From the NCBI RefSeq assembly GCF_001194135.2, contig NC_068991.1, forward strand, positions 12,824,676 to 12,864,280: DNA of 39,605 nt, given 5' to 3'. This DNA comes from Octopus bimaculoides. Lineage: Eukaryota. Positions 35,645 through 39,605 of this stretch are shown here, in pieces. The notes beneath the pieces are model-generated. The model was not told where the DNA came from. It did not search any database and saw only the letters and a program-made list of their open reading frames with translations. The stretch's first letter is position 1, and each line of letters starts with the position of its first letter. The translations under genes and the position numbers were made by a program.

Positions 35645-35773
35645 AGAGAGAGAGAGAGAGAGAGNNNNNNNNNNNNNNNNNNNNNNNNNNNNNNNNNNNN
35701 NNNNNNNNNNNNNNNNNNNNNNNNNNNNNNNNNNNNNNNNNNNNNNNNNNNNNNNNNNNNNNGAGAGAGAGAA

Positions 35774-35820
<47 letters not shown>

Positions 35821-36357
35821 AAGAGAGAGTGTGTGTGTGAGAGAGTGTGTATGTGTATTATGTGTGTGTGTGAGAGAGAGAAAGAGTAAGTGTGTATGTG
35901 TGTGTGAGAGAGAGGGAGAAAGTGATGTAGAAGGTAGATAGAAGTGTGGAGAGGAGGAAGGGCAAGTCAAAGAGAGAAAAATGATGCTGAGGAGGAGTAG
36001 GAAGTGAATGAGAAAGAAAGAAAGAAAGAAAAGGAAGTAGAAAAAGAAGGTGAAGAAGAAGAAGAAGGATGAAAAGAAGAAGGAAAGGAGAAGAAGAAGA
36101 AGAAGAAGAAGAAGAAGAAGAAGAAGAAGAAGAAGAAGAAGCAGCAGCAGCAGAAGAACAACAACAACAACAACAAGTAGGAAGATGAGAAGAGGAAGAA
36201 AAAGATGAACGAGAAGCAGAAGAAACAGTTGTAAGAAGAGAAAAAGATGAAGAAGAAGATGAAGACAAAGAAAACGTACAACTACAACAGCAACAACGAC
36301 AGTGGAAATATGGAGGAGAACAAGATCAAGGAGGAGGGGGAGGAGGAGGGGAGGAGG
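35645..36357 (+). repeat. Polypurine tract with (GA)n and (GAA)n microsatellites
   Basis: Direct reading. Confidence 0.92.
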
Positions 36358-37096
36358 NNNNNNNNNNNNNNNNNNNNNNNNNNNNNNNNNNNNNNNNNNN
36401 NNNNNNNNNNNNNNNNNNNNNNNNNNNNNNNNNNNNNNNNNNNNNNNNNNNNNNNNNNNNNNNNNNNNNNNNNNNNNNNNNNNNNNNNNNNNNNNNNNNN
36501 NNNNNNNNNNNNNNNNNNNNNNNNNNNNNNNNNNNNNNNNNNNNNNNNNNNNNNNNNNNNNNNNNNNNNNNNNNNNNNNNNNNNNNNNNNNNNNNNNNNN
36601 NNNNNNNNNNNNNNNNNNNNNNNNNNNNNNNNNNNNNNNNNNNNNNNNNNNNNNNNNNNNNNNNNNNNNNNNNNNNNNNNNNNNNNNNNNNNNNNNNNNN
36701 NNNNNNNNNNNNNNNNNNNNNNNNNNNNNNNNNNNNNNNNNNNNNNNNNNNNNNNNNNNNNNNNNNNNNNNNNNNNNNNNNNNNNNNNNNNNNNNNNNNN
36801 NNNNNNNNNNNNNNNNNNNNNNNNNNNNNNNNNNNNNNNNNNNNNNNNNNNNNGTGTTGGTGGCAGTGGTTGAGGTGGTGGTAAGTGATGCTAGTGGGTG
36901 TGATGGTAGTGGCAGAGGTTGTGGTGGTAGTAGTAGAGATACAGGTGGTGGTGGTGGTGGTGGTGGTAGTAGTACTGGTGGTACTGCCGAGGAAAGTGGC
37001 ATGGATGTAGGGGTAGTTTTGATGATGGTAGCAATGCTAGTGGTGATGTGGTACTTGTGGTGGTAGTGGTGGTGGTGGTAGTGGAAGCAGTAAGAG

Positions 37097-37431
37097 GTCC
37101 CATTCGGTCATGAATGACTATGGGATTGCACCTAGAAAGTCCCCCTCCCACCGAGGCACAAGTCTGGTCTAGGTTGTTTATGGAAGACTAGCAGTCACCC
37201 ATGCATACCAGCCTCGCTTCCCCATGCCACTGGTGTTATCCAAAGGAAAGGCAAAGGGGCCGATACAGCTCGGCACTAGGGACATCACAACTCATTTCTA
37301 CAGCTGAGTGAACTGGAGCATCGTGAGAATAAAGTGTCTTGCTCAAGAACACAACACACAGCCTGGTCTGGGAATCGAACTCACTACATCATGATTGTGA
37401 GCCTGATGTTCAAACCACTGAGCCATGTGCC
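37097..37431 (-). mobile_element. Family F CORE-type tRNA SINE, full length
   Basis: Minus strand GGCACATGGCTCAGTGG (A box)..GAGTTCGATTCCC (B box)..TGTGTTCTTGAGCAAGACACTTT..CACTCAGCTGTAGAAATGAG (CORE-like). Confidence 0.8.
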
Positions 37432-37464
37432 TTCACATGGTAGTGGTATTATCTTCAATAATGA

Positions 37465-37685
37465 CAATGGGTTCCAATTTAGGTACAAGGCTAGCAATTT
37501 TGAGGAGAAGGGGGTTAGCTGATATCACCAACCCAAGTACTTGACAAACAATTTATTTTATTAACTTCAGACGGATGAACGGTGAAGTTGACCTCAGCAG
37601 GATTTGAACTCTGAATACAAAGAGCTGGTACAAATTCTACTGGGCATTTTGTCTGATACTCTAATGGTTCTGCTAATCAAATACT
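37465..37685 (-). mobile_element. Old CpG-decayed family C SINE
   Basis: GGTACAAGG..GGATGAA..AAGTTGACCTCAGCAGGATTTGAACTC. Confidence 0.65.
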
Positions 37686-37748
37686 GTAGCCATTATGATG
37701 ATGATCATTATTATCATCATCATCATTTAACAACTGCATGTAACACGG

Positions 37749-38423
37749 ACAAATGATTGAACAAATCATTTGAACAAATGATTGAGCAAATGATTGAACA
37801 AATCACTGTGAACAAATGATTGAGCAAATGATTGAACAAATCACTGTGAACAAATGATTGAACAAATGATTGAACAAATCATTTGAACAAATGATTGAAC
37901 NNNNNNNNNNNNNNNNNNNNNNNNNNNNNNNNNNNNNNNNNNNNNNNNNNNNNNNNNNNNNNNNNNNNNNNNNNNNNNNNNNNNNNNNNNNNNNNNNNNN
38001 NNNNNNNNNNNNNNNNNNNNNNNNNNNNNNNNNNNNNNNNNNNNNNNNNNNNNNNNNNNNNNNNNNNNNNNNNNNNNNNNNNNNNNNNNNNNNNNNNNNN
38101 NNNNNNNNNNNNNNNNNNNNNNNNNNNNNNNNNNNNNNNNNNNNNNNNNNNNNNNNNNNNNNNNNNNNNNNNNNNNNNNNNNNNNNNNNNNNNNNNNNNN
38201 NNNNNNNNNNNNNNNNNNNNNNNNNNNNNNNNNNNNNNNNNNNNNNNNNNNNNNNNNNNNNNNNNNNNNNNNNNNNNNNNNNNNNNNNNNNNNNNNNNNN
38301 NNNNNNNNNNNNNNNNNNNNNNNNNNNNNNNNNNNNNNNNNNNNNNNNNNNNNNNNNNNNACAAATGATTGAACAAATCATTTAAACAAATGATTGAACA
38401 AATCACTGTGAACAAATCATTTG
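37749..38423 (+). repeat. Variant minisatellite of 12-14-bp units spanning a gap
   Basis: Units ACAAATGATTGA, GCAAATGATTGA, ACAAATCATTTGA and ACAAATCACTGTGA on both sides of the gap 37901-38360. Confidence 0.9.
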
Positions 38424-38428
38424 TGCAG

Positions 38429-38481
38429 GTCTTTCAGCAAAAGCTGAATACTCATTTGTCTTCTTCAATAAGTGAGTCCAT

Positions 38482-38518
<37 letters not shown>

Positions 38519-38835
38519 TCACTCTCATCCGTGTTCATCTAGAAATGTCTTCAAAGGTAGATAAAGTAAGAAGTAACTCCGTAGTCTAAAACTATAAAAA
38601 ACTAATTATCAATTATAAAATGTAAAAAGTTACCAATTTATTATGAAAAAATACTAATTTAATACACAGAATTTAATATATAATTCTGAAAGTAGTAACT
38701 GTTTTGATGTTGGACAGGCACAACATCTGCTGTCTTTCAAGTTCAATGTTTTATAGTACATGCAACCACATTAAGCCAAAATGCCAGGAGTTCAGCTGCA
38801 GAATCGCATATATTCAACATCATAGAAGAAGAGTA
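38429..38835 (+). CDS. Three phase-compatible candidate exons (38429-38471, 38543-38556, ~38759-38835) of an unidentified gene
   Basis: Join to GLSAKAEYSFVFFNK-NVFKV-HATTLSQNARSSAAESHIFNIIEE without stops. First donor GTGAGT is strong, the others (GTAGAT, GTATCT) weak; first intron only 71 nt. No homolog recognised. Confidence 0.25.
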
Positions 38836-38877
38836 TCTGTTTACTCTGATTTATCTATCTATCTATCTATCTATATG

Positions 38878-38910
<33 letters not shown>

Positions 38911-38913
38911 ATG

Positions 38914-38945
<32 letters not shown>

Positions 38946-39052
38946 ACTATCAATTTATTTGTCTGTCTGTCTCTCTCTCTCTCTCTCTCCATACCTACCT
39001 AACTACCTACTTCTTTCTTTCTCTCTGTATACACACACACATACACACATGT

Positions 39053-39089
<37 letters not shown>

Positions 39090-39533
39090 ATATGAATGTG
39101 TCTATCTATAAATATGTGTATGCAAACATACATACATACATATATATATATATATATGCACACATGTGCACACACACACATAGTTACATAGAGACAGATA
39201 GACGGGTACCACATACAAGCATTGAACATATTTATATTTACATTCACAAATCACAGATATGAATATGCCCATACTCAGATATATTCACACACACACGTGC
39301 ACATGACTGCATATATATGTATATAAACACACACACACACATATAGGTATACACTCATAAAGAGCGCAATTTGTGCTGCTGTAGCAACTTAACTATTCAT
39401 TTTGGCATGCTCGTTTATAATTTCCTTCCCCCTCCTTATTAAATTATATAACATAAGGAAATTAGATAATTATGAAAATGCTAATATTTCTTTGATTAAG
39501 ACATACATAGAGATGTTTATATATACATATATT

Positions 39534-39589
<56 letters not shown>

Positions 39590-39605
39590 TATATATATAC
39601 ATATA

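Overview
AT-rich, repeat-saturated animal genomic DNA from a draft assembly with nine N-gaps (9543-9889, 12348-12590, 16437-16677, 18223-18232, 25258-25631, 34540-34549, 35665-35762, 36358-36853, 37901-38360). The microsatellite load and SINE/LINE families point to an octopus (coleoid cephalopod) genome; this is inference from recognised repeat sequence, not a database hit. No intact long coding ORF exists: nearly all ORF-track entries are microsatellite or N-gap read-through. Supportable content: decayed R4/Dong-type RLE LINE fragments (RT part at 170-1570, zinc-knuckle/endonuclease part at 34750-35470), two different RTE-clade LINE 3' ends (one nested in the R4 element with a 7-bp TSD), a hAT MITE and a piggyBac-type MITE with intact TIRs/TSDs, a mariner 5' remnant, and about 40 SINE or LINE-tail copies in several families (working labels A, B, C, E, F, H) with many nested insertions. 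The most unusual item is a tRNA-headed element at 6367-7208 with an inverted duplicate head and a degenerate minimal hammerhead-ribozyme-like motif. A few short candidate exons (minus strand in the left half, plus strand in the right half) and a CpG-decay gradient suggest host genes with small exons, but no gene could be identified.
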